DNA of 64,000 nt from an uncultured Actinomycetota bacterium (GTDB lineage: Bacteria; Actinomycetota; Actinomycetes; Propionibacteriales; Nocardioidaceae): NCBI GenBank assembly GCA_963790175.1, contig CAWBNM010000003.1, positions 725,065 through 789,064 on the forward strand. Reading direction: 5' to 3'. Both the position numbers and the translations under genes were made by a program. The notes beneath the pieces are model-generated. The model saw nothing but the letters and a program-made list of their open reading frames with translations, ran no database searches and was not told the DNA's origin. Shown piece after piece: positions 19,472 through 29,689 of the stretch. Positions within the stretch are counted from its first letter, which is position 1. Each line of letters begins with the position of its first letter.

Positions 19472-20560
19472 ATGCCCTCGTCGTCCCGGTCCTCGACGCC
19501 CCAGCCCCGCGCCCACGTCGCCCGGATCCCGGCGTACGTGCCGGGGCGCCCGCCGACCCCGCGGCCGGGCACCACGACCTACAAGCTGTCCTCGAACGAG
19601 AACCCCTACCCGCCGCTGCCCGGGGTGGTCGAGGCCGCGCAGCGCGCCGTGGCCACGATGAACCGCTACCCGGACATGGGCAACGCGCTGCTCTACGAGG
19701 GCCTCGCGAGCCGGCTCGGCGTCCCGGTCGAGCACCTGGCGGCCGGCACCGGCTCGGTCGCGCTGGTCTACCAGCTGCTGACCGCGTACTGCGACCCCGG
19801 CGACGAGGTCGTCCACGCCTGGCGCTCGTTCGAGGCGTACCCGATCGCGGTGACCTCCGCGGGTGCCACCTCGGTGCAGGTCCCGGTCACCGCCGACGGG
19901 CGGCACGACCTCGCCGCGATGGCCGCCGCCGTCACCGACCGGACCCGGGTGGTCGTGGTCTGCACCCCCAACAACCCGACCGGTCCCGCGGTGACGCAGA
20001 CCGAGCTGGACGCCTTCCTGGCCGCCGTCCCCCCGCACGTGCTCGTGGTGGTGGACGAGGCGTACACCGAGTTCGTGCGCATGTCCGACGCCGTCGACGG
20101 GCTCGCGACCTACCGCGACCGCGAGAACGTGGTGCTCCTCCGGACGTTCTCCAAGGCCTACGGCCTCGCCGGGTTCCGGGTCGGGTACGCCGTCGCGCCC
20201 GCCCCCGTCGCCGCCGCTCTCCGCGCGGTGTCGCTGCCCTTCGGCGTCTCCTCGGTCGCGCAGGTCGCGGCGGTGGCCTCCCTCGACGCCGAGGCTGCGC
20301 TCCTCGAGCGGGTCGACGCGCTGGTCGCCGAGCGGGACCGCGTCGTCGCCGGGCTGCGTGAGGTCGGGTGGCCGGTGCCCGAGCCGCAGGGCAACTTCGT
20401 CTGGTTCGACCTCGGCGACCGCACCGGCGACCTCGCCGCGGCTGCCGAGGAGGTGGGCATCGTGGTGCGCCCGTTCGCCGGCGAGGGCTGCCGGGTCACG
20501 ATCGGCGAGCCCGAGGCCAACGACCGCCTGCTGCGCGTCGCGGCCGCCCTCGCCCGCTGA
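19472..20560 (+). CDS. Histidinol-phosphate/aromatic aminotransferase (Pat/HisC2 type)
   Basis: [47 protein letters not shown]. Confidence 0.9.
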   Translation: MPSSSRSSTPQPRAHVARIPAYVPGRPPTPRPGTTTYKLSSNENPYPPLPGVVEAAQRAVATMNRYPDMGNALLYEGLASRLGVPVEHLAAGTGSVALVYQLLTAYCDPGDEVVHAWRSFEAYPIAVTSAGATSVQVPVTADGRHDLAAMAAAVTDRTRVVVVCTPNNPTGPAVTQTELDAFLAAVPPHVLVVVDEAYTEFVRMSDAVDGLATYRDRENVVLLRTFSKAYGLAGFRVGYAVAPAPVAAALRAVSLPFGVSSVAQVAAVASLDAEAALLERVDALVAERDRVVAGLREVGWPVPEPQGNFVWFDLGDRTGDLAAAAEEVGIVVRPFAGEGCRVTIGEPEANDRLLRVAAALAR

Positions 20561-20598
20561 GCGGGCAGGGGTGAGGGCCTGCCGCGCGGCGTGCCAGA

Positions 20599-21600
20599 GT
20601 GCCGCCCGTGCGCTCCTACCGCTGCCGGGTCTGCGAGAACGGCCTGTTCCCCGACAACACCGTCTGCGTCTCCTGCGGCTCCCAGCTGGCCTACTCGCGC
20701 GAGGAGCGCGCGATCGTGCCGGTGGACGCCGCGGGTCGCTACGTCGACGCGGCCGGCCTCGTCTGGCACCGCTGCCGCAACCTCGGGCTGTCCGGCTGCA
20801 CCTGGCTGAGCCGTTACCGGGGTGGGCAGTGCTTCGCCTGCGACCTCACCCGGACCCGCCCCAACGACGGCGACCCCGACGGCCTGGCGCAGCTGCCTGA
20901 CGCCGAGCGCGCCAAGCGCCACCTGGTCGTCGAGCTCGAGGGCCTCGGCTTCCCCGTGGTCGGCAAGGACGTCGACGCCCAGCAGGGCCTCGCCTTCGAC
21001 CTGCTCAGCAGCGTCGACGCGGACGTCGTCATCGGCCACCAGGACGGCCTGATCACCATCGACCTCGCCGAGACCGACGACGCCCACCGCGAGAAGGTCC
21101 GGGCCCTGCTCGCCGAGCCCTACCGGACCACGCTGGGGCACTTCCGCCACGAGTCGGGCCACTACTACGAGTGGCAGCTGGTGCGCGGCGACGAGCAGAT
21201 GGCGCGGTGCCGCGAGCTGTTCGGCGACGAGACCGCCGACTACCAGGCCGCGATCGCGCGCCACTACGAGCAGGGCCCGCCCGACGGCTGGGAGTCCGAC
21301 TACATCTCGACCTACGCCACGATGCACCCCTTCGAGGACTTCGCGGAGACGTGGGCGCACTACCTCCACATCTGCGACGCGATCGAGACCGCCCGCGAGT
21401 ACGGCCTGCTCCCCGTCGCCGGGGTGGGGGCGTTCTCCCGCTTCCGCGACGTGGTGACCGGGGTGTGGGTGCCGTTCTCGACCGCGCTGAACCAGGTCAA
21501 CCGGTCGATGGGCCGCGACGACCTCTACCCGTTCGTGATCCCGGAGCCGGTCCTGGCCAAGCTCGACTTCGTCGCCTCGCTGGCCTCGCCGCCCGCTTGA
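20599..21600 (+). CDS. Zinc-ribbon + putative zinc-binding metallopeptidase (DUF2248-like)
   Basis: CxxC..CxxC N-terminus, EPYRTTLGHFRHESGHYY, YATMHPFEDFAETWAHYLH, DLYPF. Confidence 0.85.
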   Translation: MPPVRSYRCRVCENGLFPDNTVCVSCGSQLAYSREERAIVPVDAAGRYVDAAGLVWHRCRNLGLSGCTWLSRYRGGQCFACDLTRTRPNDGDPDGLAQLPDAERAKRHLVVELEGLGFPVVGKDVDAQQGLAFDLLSSVDADVVIGHQDGLITIDLAETDDAHREKVRALLAEPYRTTLGHFRHESGHYYEWQLVRGDEQMARCRELFGDETADYQAAIARHYEQGPPDGWESDYISTYATMHPFEDFAETWAHYLHICDAIETAREYGLLPVAGVGAFSRFRDVVTGVWVPFSTALNQVNRSMGRDDLYPFVIPEPVLAKLDFVASLASPPA

Positions 21601-21639
21601 GCCCGCCCGGGTGAGCGTGCGGCGTCCTAGGCTCGCGGC

Positions 21640-22614
21640 ATGGGCGACGAACCGACGTACACCGAGAAGGGCAAGCCCTTCGACCGGGACATGAACTACA
21701 TCCCCGACCGGATCACCGCGACCCCGGGAACCTCGCAGGACCCGCGGATCGGTGAGGTCGAGGTCGAGACCTGGCCGGTCGAGCCGGGCCGCTACCGCCT
21801 CGCCGCGGCGAAGGCGTGCCCCTGGGCCAACCGCTCCATCATCGTCCGCGAGCTGCTCGGGCTCCAGGACGTGATCTCGATGGGGCTGGCCGGTCCGACC
21901 CACGACGCGGACTCCTGGACCTTCGACCTCGACCCCGGCGGCGTCGACCCCGTGCTGGGCTACGAGCGGCTCCAGCAGGCCTACTTCGCCCGGGTCCCGG
22001 ACTACCCCCGCGGGATCACCGTGCCCGCGATGGTCGACGTGCCGACCGGCGCGGTCGTCACCAACGACTTCCCGCAGATCACCCACGACCTGTTCTTCGA
22101 GTGGCGCGACCACCACCGCGCGGGAGCGCCGGACCTGTGGCCCGACGACGTCCGCGAGGAGATGGAGGAGGTCATGCAGCGGGTCTTCACCGAGGTCAAC
22201 AACGGCGTCTACCGCTGCGGCTTCGCCGGCTCGCAGGAGACCTACCAGGAGGCCTACGACCGCCTCTGGACGGCGATGGACTGGCTCGAGGAGCGGCTCA
22301 CCGACCGCCGCTTCCTGATGGGTGACGCGATCACCGAGGCCGACGTGCGGCTGTTCACGACGCTGGCGCGCTTCGACGCCGTCTACCACGGCCACTTCAA
22401 GTGCAACCGCAACAAGCTCACCGAGATGCCGGCGCTGTGGGGCTACGCCCGCGACGTCTTCCAGACGCCCGGCTTCGGCGACACCACCGACTTCGACCAG
22501 ATCAAGGCGCACTACTACGTCGTGCACACCGACATCAACCCGACCGGGATCGTGCCGGCCGGGCCCGACCCGGCGGTCTGGCTGACCCCCCACGACCGCG
22601 AGCGGCTGGGCTGA
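21640..22614 (+). CDS. Glutathionyl-hydroquinone reductase (Xi-class GST, YqjG/ECM4-like)
   Basis: ACPWANR, ITVP, NNGVYRCGFA, ADVRLFTTLARFDAVY, INPTGIVPAGP. Confidence 0.9.
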   Translation: MGDEPTYTEKGKPFDRDMNYIPDRITATPGTSQDPRIGEVEVETWPVEPGRYRLAAAKACPWANRSIIVRELLGLQDVISMGLAGPTHDADSWTFDLDPGGVDPVLGYERLQQAYFARVPDYPRGITVPAMVDVPTGAVVTNDFPQITHDLFFEWRDHHRAGAPDLWPDDVREEMEEVMQRVFTEVNNGVYRCGFAGSQETYQEAYDRLWTAMDWLEERLTDRRFLMGDAITEADVRLFTTLARFDAVYHGHFKCNRNKLTEMPALWGYARDVFQTPGFGDTTDFDQIKAHYYVVHTDINPTGIVPAGPDPAVWLTPHDRERLG

Positions 22615-22617
22615 GGC

Positions 22618-23325
22618 GTGGAGATCGAGGGAGCCCGGGTGCTGGTCGCCGGCGCGAGCGGTGCGATCGGCGGCAAGCTCGTCGGCGCGCTGGTCGAGCG
22701 GGGTGCGCGCGTGGTCGCCGCCGGCCGGGACCAGGACCGGCTGGGCGAGCTGTCCGAGCGCACGGGGACGACGCCGCAGGTCTTCGACGCGGTGGACGCC
22801 GACTCCTGCCGCGCCGCGGTCGACGCCGCGGTCGAGGAGCTCGGCGGGCTCGACCTGCTCGTGGTCACCGTGGGTGCCGCGGGCTTCGGGAAGGCCGTCG
22901 AGACCGACGCTGCGGTGACCGAGGAGCTGTTCGCGGTCAACGTGCAGGGCCCGATGGCGCTGGTGCGCGCCGCCGCGCCCGCCCTGACCGAGGCCGAGAA
23001 CGGCACCGCCGTCGTGCTCTCCGCGATCCTCGCCGACCTGCCCACCGTCGGCATGGCCGACTACTCGGCCGCGAAGTCGGCGCTGTCGACCTGGCTGGGC
23101 GTGCTGCGCAAGGAGCAGCGCCGCGCCTTCCGCGTCGTCGACGTCCGTCCGCCCCACCTCGACACGGGCCTGGACCAGCGCGCCCTCGCCGGCGACCCGC
23201 CCAAGCTGCCGGACCCGGTCGCCTCCGACGACGTCGTCACCGCGATCCTCGACGCGCTCGGTGACGAGAAGGCCGGCAACGAGCTGGTCTGGGAGGCCAA
23301 GGAGAAGCGCCTCACCCCCCGCTGA
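22618..23325 (+). CDS. Short-chain dehydrogenase/reductase
   Basis: GASGAIG, YSAAK. Confidence 0.88.
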   Translation: MEIEGARVLVAGASGAIGGKLVGALVERGARVVAAGRDQDRLGELSERTGTTPQVFDAVDADSCRAAVDAAVEELGGLDLLVVTVGAAGFGKAVETDAAVTEELFAVNVQGPMALVRAAAPALTEAENGTAVVLSAILADLPTVGMADYSAAKSALSTWLGVLRKEQRRAFRVVDVRPPHLDTGLDQRALAGDPPKLPDPVASDDVVTAILDALGDEKAGNELVWEAKEKRLTPR

Positions 23326-23334
23326 GCCCCCCGG

Positions 23335-23772
23335 TCAGGTCCGGCGGGTGGAGCGCTCCTCCGCCGCAGCCTGCACCCGCGCCGCCGCGCGCCCGGGCCG
23401 GAGGTAGACCGGGAGGCTGAGCACGACGAGGAGCAGCGGCGGCAGCAGGATCAGCGCACGCGCCCAGGACCACCCGCCGAGGATGGTGGCGGCCACCAGC
23501 CAGACCAGGCCGACGGCCAGCCAGGTGCCCCACACCCGCACCTGGTGCCCGGAGTAGGTGCGCAGCTCCTCGGCGTCGGGCCGCCCGGAGATCCGGCGGC
23601 GCGGCACGAGGAAGACGTAGGCCCAGAAGGCCATCGTCATCACCCAGGTGAGGACCGGGAAGACCTCCCCCGACAGCAGCAGCTCCCGGGACCGCACCCC
23701 GGTGCCGACCAGGAAGAGGAGTCCGAGCGGGACACGCACCCGTCGCCAGAGCCGTCCCGCGGAGTCGGCCAC
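23335..23772 (-). CDS. Hypothetical 4-TM membrane protein
   Basis: Hydrophobic C-terminal part of ORF 23335..24849; GAGGA before GTG 23772 (alternative ATG 23808). Confidence 0.6.
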   Translation of the reverse strand: MADSAGRLWRRVRVPLGLLFLVGTGVRSRELLLSGEVFPVLTWVMTMAFWAYVFLVPRRRISGRPDAEELRTYSGHQVRVWGTWLAVGLVWLVAATILGGWSWARALILLPPLLLVVLSLPVYLRPGRAAARVQAAAEERSTRRT

Positions 23773-23862
23773 CGGGTCCTCACGCCAGGGATCGCCCACC
23801 GACCGCATCCTGCCAGGGCTGACCGTCGGTCTCCGACCCGCAGGGCCTCCTAGGCTGGCCGC

Positions 23863-24777
23863 ATGGGGCACGACCACGGGCACGCCGCCGGCCGGGCCGG
23901 CGACCGCCGCAGGCTGCGGTGGGCGCTGCTGGTGACCCTGGTCGTCCTGGTCGTCGAGGTGGTCGGGGCGTTGGTGACCGGCTCGCTGGCGCTGCTGGCC
24001 GACGCGGGCCACATGGCCACCGACGCGGGCGCGGTGCTGCTCGCACTCGGAGCCTCGTACGTCGCCGGTCGCGGCGGCGGTCCGCGCTCGACATTCGGCC
24101 TGCACCGCGTCGAGGTGCTGGCCGCGCTGGCCAACGCGATCGTGCTGCTCGGCGTGTGCGTGCTGGTCGCGTGGTCCGGCCTGAGCCGGCTCGCCGACCC
24201 CCCGGAGGTGGACGCCGTGCCGATGCTCGGCTTCGCGGTGGTCGGCCTGGCCGCCAACGGGGTCTCGCTCGGCATCCTGCAGCGGTCGGACACGGGGTCG
24301 CTCAACCTGCGCGGAGCGGCCACCGAGGTGCTCGGCGACCTGGTCGGCTCGGTGCTGGTCGCCCTCGCGGCCGTCGTGATCCTGGTGAGCGGCTGGCAGC
24401 GCGCCGACCCGGTCGCGTCCCTGCTGATCGCGGCGCTGATCCTGCCCCGCGCGGCCCTGCTGCTGCGCGACGCCGGCGCCGTGCTGCTCGAGGTGGCGCC
24501 ACGGGGCCTGGACCTCGACGGTGTGCTCCACCACCTGCGTCACGTCCCTGGCGTCGTCGACGTGCACGACCTGCACGCGTGGACGATCACCAGCGGGCTG
24601 CCCAGCCTGTCGGCGCACGTCACCGTGACCGACGAGGCGCTCGCCGAGCGCGGCGTGGGCCCGATCCTCGACGAGCTCGGCGGCTGCGTCGCGGCCCACT
24701 TCGAGGTCCACCACACCACCTTCCAGCTCGAGCCGGCCTCCCACCAGGACCACGAGGACCTCGGACAGGTCCACTGA
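23863..24777 (+). CDS. Cation diffusion facilitator (CzcD/ZitB-like)
   Basis: MGHDHGH, SLALLADAGHMATD, VHDLHAW, HTTFQLE. Confidence 0.93.
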   Translation: MGHDHGHAAGRAGDRRRLRWALLVTLVVLVVEVVGALVTGSLALLADAGHMATDAGAVLLALGASYVAGRGGGPRSTFGLHRVEVLAALANAIVLLGVCVLVAWSGLSRLADPPEVDAVPMLGFAVVGLAANGVSLGILQRSDTGSLNLRGAATEVLGDLVGSVLVALAAVVILVSGWQRADPVASLLIAALILPRAALLLRDAGAVLLEVAPRGLDLDGVLHHLRHVPGVVDVHDLHAWTITSGLPSLSAHVTVTDEALAERGVGPILDELGGCVAAHFEVHHTTFQLEPASHQDHEDLGQVH

Positions 24778-24805
24778 CCCGTCACCCTGCCGCCGACGAC
24801 TTCGC

Positions 24806-24916
24806 CTCCTGCGTAGCAAACGGTCCGACCCGCAGCGAGGTGGCCGCATCGGCCCAGGTCAGCGACCTGTGGCGATCGAGCCCCGGGCCGGTGGTGCGGC
24901 ATTGCTGACGCACGAG
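24806..24916. repeat. Degenerate intergenic inverted-repeat element
   Basis: CTCCTGCGT-AGCAA ... TTGCTGACGCACGAG ends about 110 bp apart. Confidence 0.4.
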
Positions 24917-24963
24917 CGCACCGACCGGCGGGCTCACCCGTCCGCGCCCCTACCCTGGCTCGC

Positions 24964-27103
24964 GTGCCTCTCGACCCCTGCGCTCGCGCGCCTCGCCCAC
25001 GCCTACGGCGTCGACACCGCCTACGAGGACTGGCAGGACCAGCCGGTCGAGGTCCCCGAGGCCACCGTCGCCGCGGTGCTCGGGGCGATGGGGGTCGACG
25101 TCTCCGACCCGGAGGCGGCGCTGGCCGCCCGCGAGGAGGAGCCCTGGCGCGCCACGCTCCCGCCCAGCCTCGTCGTCATCGCCGGCGCCGGGGCCGGCGT
25201 CGACCTGCACGCCCCGGTCGGCGCCCTCGCGACCCTGCACCTCGAGCTCGAGACGGGCGGCCGCCGCGACCTGCCGGCGGAGCCCGCCGCGGGAGAGCCG
25301 CCGACCCGGGTCGTCGACGGCGCCCCGGTGGTCCGCACCCGCCACCCGTTGCCCACCGACCTCCCGCTCGGCTACCACCTGCTGGTCGCCACGGTCGGCA
25401 CCGAGGAGGCCGCCCGGTCGCCGCTCGTCGTCACGCCGGCCGTGCTCGGCCTACCAGGTTCGCTCGGCGAGCGGCAGGGCTGGGGCTTCGCAGCCCAGCT
25501 CTACAGCGTCCGGTCTGCGCGGTCGTGGGGCGTCGGCGACCTGGCCGACCTCGCGGACCTCGCCGTCTGGTCGGCGGGGCTCGGCGCCGACTACCTGCTG
25601 GTCAACCCGCTGCACGCCGCCGAGCCGGTCGCCCCGATGGAGCCCTCGCCCTACCTGCCGGCCACCCGCCGCTTCCCGAACCCGCTCTACCTGCGCGTCG
25701 AGCGGGTCCCCGAGACCGCCGACCTGGCGCCCGAGCAGCGGGCCGAGGTCGACCGGCTCGCCGCGGAGGTCCACACCGCGCTGGACGACCTCGACGCGAT
25801 CGACCGCGACACCTCCTGGACCGCGAAGCGGCGAGCGCTGCGGATCGTCCACGACGCCGGGTTGACGCCCGGTCGGCGGCTCGCGCTCGAGGCGTTCGTG
25901 CGCCGCGAGGGCCGCTCGCTCACCGACGTCGCGACGTGGCGGGCGCTCGCGACGCAGCACGGTCCCGACTTCCGCTCCTGGCCCGAGGAGCTGCAGGACG
26001 CCGACGGACCGGCCGTCGCCGCCGCCCGCGAGGAGCTCGCCGACGAGGTCGCCTTCGAGACCTGGCTGCAGTGGGTCCTCGACGAGCAGCTCGCCGCGGC
26101 CCAGGCGGCCGCCACCGGCGCCGGGATGGCGCTCGGGACGATGCACGACCTCGCGGTGGGCGTGCACCCCGGCGGGGCGGACGCGTGGCGGATGCGCGAG
26201 GCGTACGCCGAGGGCGTGCGCGTCGGCGCCCCGCCGGACGCCTTCAACCAGCGCGGCCAGGACTGGGGCCAGCCGCCGTGGACGCCGACCGGCCTCGCCG
26301 CGAGCGGCTACGCGCCGTTCCGCGAGATGGTCGCCGCGCTGCTGCGCCACGCCGGCGGGGTGCGCATCGACCACGTGATCGGCCTGTTCCGGCTGTGGTG
26401 GGTCCCCGAGGGCGGGTCGCCCGCCGACGGCACCTACGTGCGCTACGACCACGAGGCGATCATCGGCGTGCTCTGCCTCGAGGCGCAGCGCGCCGGTGCC
26501 GTCGTCGTCGGCGAGGACCTCGGCGTCGTCGAGGACTCCGCGCGCGCCTACCTGCTCGAGCGAGGCGTGCTCGGCACCTCGATCCTGTGGTTCGAGCGCG
26601 ACGAGGACGGCGACCCCCTGCCCGCCCAGCGGTGGCGCGAGCTGTGCCTGGCCTCGGTCACCACCCACGACCTGCCGCCGAGCGCGGGCTACCTCACCGG
26701 CACCCACGTCGACCTGCGCGAGAGCCTCGGCCTGCTGGCCCGCCCGGCGGCCGAGGAACGCGCCTCGGACGAGGCCGAGCGGGCGTCCTGGCTGGACGAG
26801 GTGCGCCGGCAGGTCCCGCTCGCCGCTGCTCCCGACGACCCCGGTCGGGGCGACGTCGAGCGGACCGTCGAGGCGCTCCACGCCTACCTCGCGCTGACTC
26901 CCTCGCGGCTGCGCAACGTCGCCCTCACCGACGCCGTGGGTGACCACCGGACGCAGAACCAGCCGGGCACCAGCGACGAGCACCCCAACTGGCGGGTCCC
27001 GTTGTCGGGTCCCGACGGGCGCCCGATCTCGCTGGAGGACGTGCTCGCCTCGGACCGCGCCCGTAGCCTCGCCCGCGTGGTGGACGACGGGACGCGCCGG
27101 TGA
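24964..27103 (+). CDS. malQ: 4-alpha-glucanotransferase (GH77); probable extra C near 24976
   Basis: QLYSVRS, NPLHA, PSPY, DLAVG, RIDHVIGLFRLWW, GEDLG, THD, NQPGT..NWR; GTG 24964 follows TACCCT and gives MPLDPALARLA if one C is removed. Confidence 0.92.
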
Positions 27104-27543
27104 CCGGCGAGCAGGTGCTGGAGCTGATCGGCGTCGAGCACGCCGCCGAGGGCTTCGAGGACGAGACCCCGGCCGCGCCCGCGGCCGGCGACGGGGACGG
27201 CGACGCCACCGGCCACTGCGGGTTGTGCGGGCTGACCGACGACGAGGACGCGTGGGAGCGGCTCAGCGACGAGCTGGGCGTACCGGTGAGCCTCCACCGC
27301 AGCGACGACCTGTCACCGGAGGAGATGCCGGTGGTGCGCGAGATCGGCACGCCCTGCGTGCTGGCCCGCTTCGACGAGAACGAGTACCACGCGGTGGTGC
27401 TCTCCGAGCGGCTCGAGCTGTTCGGGGGTGACGTCACCCGGCTCCTGCGCGAGGTGCGGCTCGTGGCCGAGCAGCAGGGGTGGCGCCTGGGCACGAACGA
27501 CCCGTCCGACCCGATCGACCCCGCGGTGCACGAGACGATCTGA
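27100..27543 (+). CDS. Hypothetical acidic protein with HCxLC motif
   Basis: GTGA-coupled to malQ, host-like codon use, GHCGLCGLT and TPCVLAR. Confidence 0.7.
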   Translation: MTGEQVLELIGVEHAAEGFEDETPAAPAAGDGDGDATGHCGLCGLTDDEDAWERLSDELGVPVSLHRSDDLSPEEMPVVREIGTPCVLARFDENEYHAVVLSERLELFGGDVTRLLREVRLVAEQQGWRLGTNDPSDPIDPAVHETI

Positions 27544-27567
27544 CCCGGTCACGACCGGGCTCGCGCG

Positions 27568-27780
27568 CTAGGCGCGCTCCACCTCGCTCTTGAGCTTCAG
27601 GACGGTCGTCCCGTCCTCCTGCTCGATGACGTAGGCGGGGTTGTCGTCGGTGCCGTTGCGGCTGATCTGCTGGCCCTTGGTCTGGCGGGTCACCTTCTCG
27701 TGGTGGACCTCGGTGACCGTGCCGCTCGACGAGCCGGCTCCCCAGCTCCAGGTGACCTCGGTGCCCTTGCGGATGCTCAT
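27568..27780 (-). CDS. DUF2945 small protein
   Basis: MSIRKGTEVTWSWG..ISRNGTDDNPAYVIEQEDG..LK. Confidence 0.85.
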   Translation of the reverse strand: MSIRKGTEVTWSWGAGSSSGTVTEVHHEKVTRQTKGQQISRNGTDDNPAYVIEQEDGTTVLKLKSEVERA

Positions 27781-28286
27781 GACCCCTCCTCCGGCGCACG
27801 GTCCTGCACGTCGTCCTGGGCGCGCCCGTCCTGGGCGCGCGCGTTCTTCTCGTCGGCCTCGGCGGTGTGCGCGAGGCGGACCAGCGTCGCCTCGATGCCG
27901 CGGCGGCTGCGCTCGGGGAAGCGCGCCAGCCTCAGCCCGAGCCACACCGGGGTGCTGCACCGCGTGGCGTCCCACGTCTCGGTCACCCGGGTGCCGCCCG
28001 CGACCGGCTCGAGCTCGTAGCGCCACCGGTGGGGGGCGAAGTGCTTCCAGGCGATCCGGCGGTCCGGCTCGTACTCGACGACCGTGTTCACCACGGCGTA
28101 CGGCGCTCCCAGCCGCATGCTCATCGAGAACCGCGAGCCCTGCTCGAGGCGGTCCGGCCCGCGCACGGAGCCCCGCACCGAGCCCGATCCGTCGATCCGG
28201 GGGTGCTGGCGCGGGTCGGCGAGGATCGCGAAGATCCGGGACGCCGGGGCCTCCACGACGGTCGAGGAGGTGACGGTGCGGCTCAT
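27777..28286 (-). CDS. SRPBCC family protein
   Basis: IFAILADPRQHPRIDGSG, VVEYEPDRRIAW, TRVTETWD. Confidence 0.85.
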   Translation of the reverse strand: MSRTVTSSTVVEAPASRIFAILADPRQHPRIDGSGSVRGSVRGPDRLEQGSRFSMSMRLGAPYAVVNTVVEYEPDRRIAWKHFAPHRWRYELEPVAGGTRVTETWDATRCSTPVWLGLRLARFPERSRRGIEATLVRLAHTAEADEKNARAQDGRAQDDVQDRAPEEGS

Positions 28287-28492
28287 GGTCCCGACGGTGA
28301 CAGACCGCGCCACCCCGGCGCACGCCGGGAGGGGTGGGATTGGCGGTGCCCGGGGCCGGTCGATACCGTGAGCGCGACCCGGCTGTGGCCGGGGTCACAG
28401 TCCCGCACCACCCCCGCGGGCCGTGCCCCGTCCCGCCCCGACCCGGGGACGACGGCCACCGACGTCGCCCCGGCGAGACCGAGGAGACCCGC

Positions 28493-29689
28493 GTGAGCAC
28501 GACCGCCCCGCCGTCACCCCCCGACCCGTCCTTCGGGCCCGGCCTGGCCGAGGTCTTCGGCCCGCAGCAGCAGGACGGCGGTCCCGACCTGGTGCAGCTG
28601 CTCACGCCGGAGGGCGAGCGGGTCCACCACGACGAGTTCGACCTCGACTTCTCCGCCGAGGACCTGCGCGGCTTCTACCGCGACATGGTGCTGACCCGGC
28701 GCATCGACACCGAGGCCACCGCGCTGCAGCGCCACGGCGAGCTCGGGATCTGGGCCCAGCTGCTGGGCCAGGAGGCCGCCCAGATCGGCGCCGGGCGGGC
28801 GCTCCGGCCGCAGGACCACGTCTTCCCGACCTACCGCGAGCACGGCGTCGCGTGGTGCCGGGGGATCGACCCGCTGGACCTGCTGGGGCTGTTCCGCGGC
28901 GTCGACCACGGTGCCTGGGACCCGGCCGAGAAGCACTTCGGGCTCTACACGATCGTCATCGGCGCGCAGGCGCTGCACGCCACCGGCTACGCGATGGGGA
29001 TGCAGCGCGACGGCGTGGTCGGCACCGGCGACCCCGACCGCGACGCGGCCGTCGTCGCGCACTTCGGCGACGGGGCGTCCAGCCAGGGCGACGTCAACGA
29101 GGCCTTCATCTTCGCCGCCTCCTACAACGCGCCGGTGGTGTTCTTCTGCCAGAACAACCAGTGGGCGATCTCGGAGCCGATCGAGCGGCAGAGCCGGATC
29201 CCGCTCTACCAGCGGGCGCTGGGCTTCGGCTTCCCCGGCGTCCGGGTCGACGGCAACGACGTGCTCGCCACGTACGCCGTCACGCGGGCCGCGCTGCAGC
29301 GCGCCCGCGAGGGCCAGGGCCCGACCCTGGTCGAGGCGTACACCTACCGGATGGGGGCGCACACCACGACCGACGACCCCACCCGCTACCGGCTCTCCGA
29401 CGACGTCGAGCACTGGAAGCTCAAGGACCCGATCGCGCGGGTCGAGGTCTACCTCAAGCGCAACGGCCTGGTCGACGACGACTTCCTCGGCGCCGTCCGC
29501 AAGGAGGCCGACGAGCTGGGCCACCACCTGCGCGAGGGGTGCAAGGCGCTGCCGGACCCGTCCCCGAGCGCGATGTTCGAGCACGTCTACGCCGAGGAGA
29601 CCGAGGAGCTGCGCATCCAGCGCGAGGGCTTCGCGGCCTACCTCGCGACCTTCGAGACCGGCCGCGACGGCGAGGAGGTGGCTCGATGA
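28493..29689 (+). CDS. pdhA: 2-oxoacid dehydrogenase E1 alpha
   Basis: GQEAAQ, PTYREHG, FGDGASSQGD, QNNQWAIS, YRMGAHTTTDDP; may act on branched-chain substrates (BkdA). Confidence 0.93.
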   Translation: MSTTAPPSPPDPSFGPGLAEVFGPQQQDGGPDLVQLLTPEGERVHHDEFDLDFSAEDLRGFYRDMVLTRRIDTEATALQRHGELGIWAQLLGQEAAQIGAGRALRPQDHVFPTYREHGVAWCRGIDPLDLLGLFRGVDHGAWDPAEKHFGLYTIVIGAQALHATGYAMGMQRDGVVGTGDPDRDAAVVAHFGDGASSQGDVNEAFIFAASYNAPVVFFCQNNQWAISEPIERQSRIPLYQRALGFGFPGVRVDGNDVLATYAVTRAALQRAREGQGPTLVEAYTYRMGAHTTTDDPTRYRLSDDVEHWKLKDPIARVEVYLKRNGLVDDDFLGAVRKEADELGHHLREGCKALPDPSPSAMFEHVYAEETEELRIQREGFAAYLATFETGRDGEEVAR

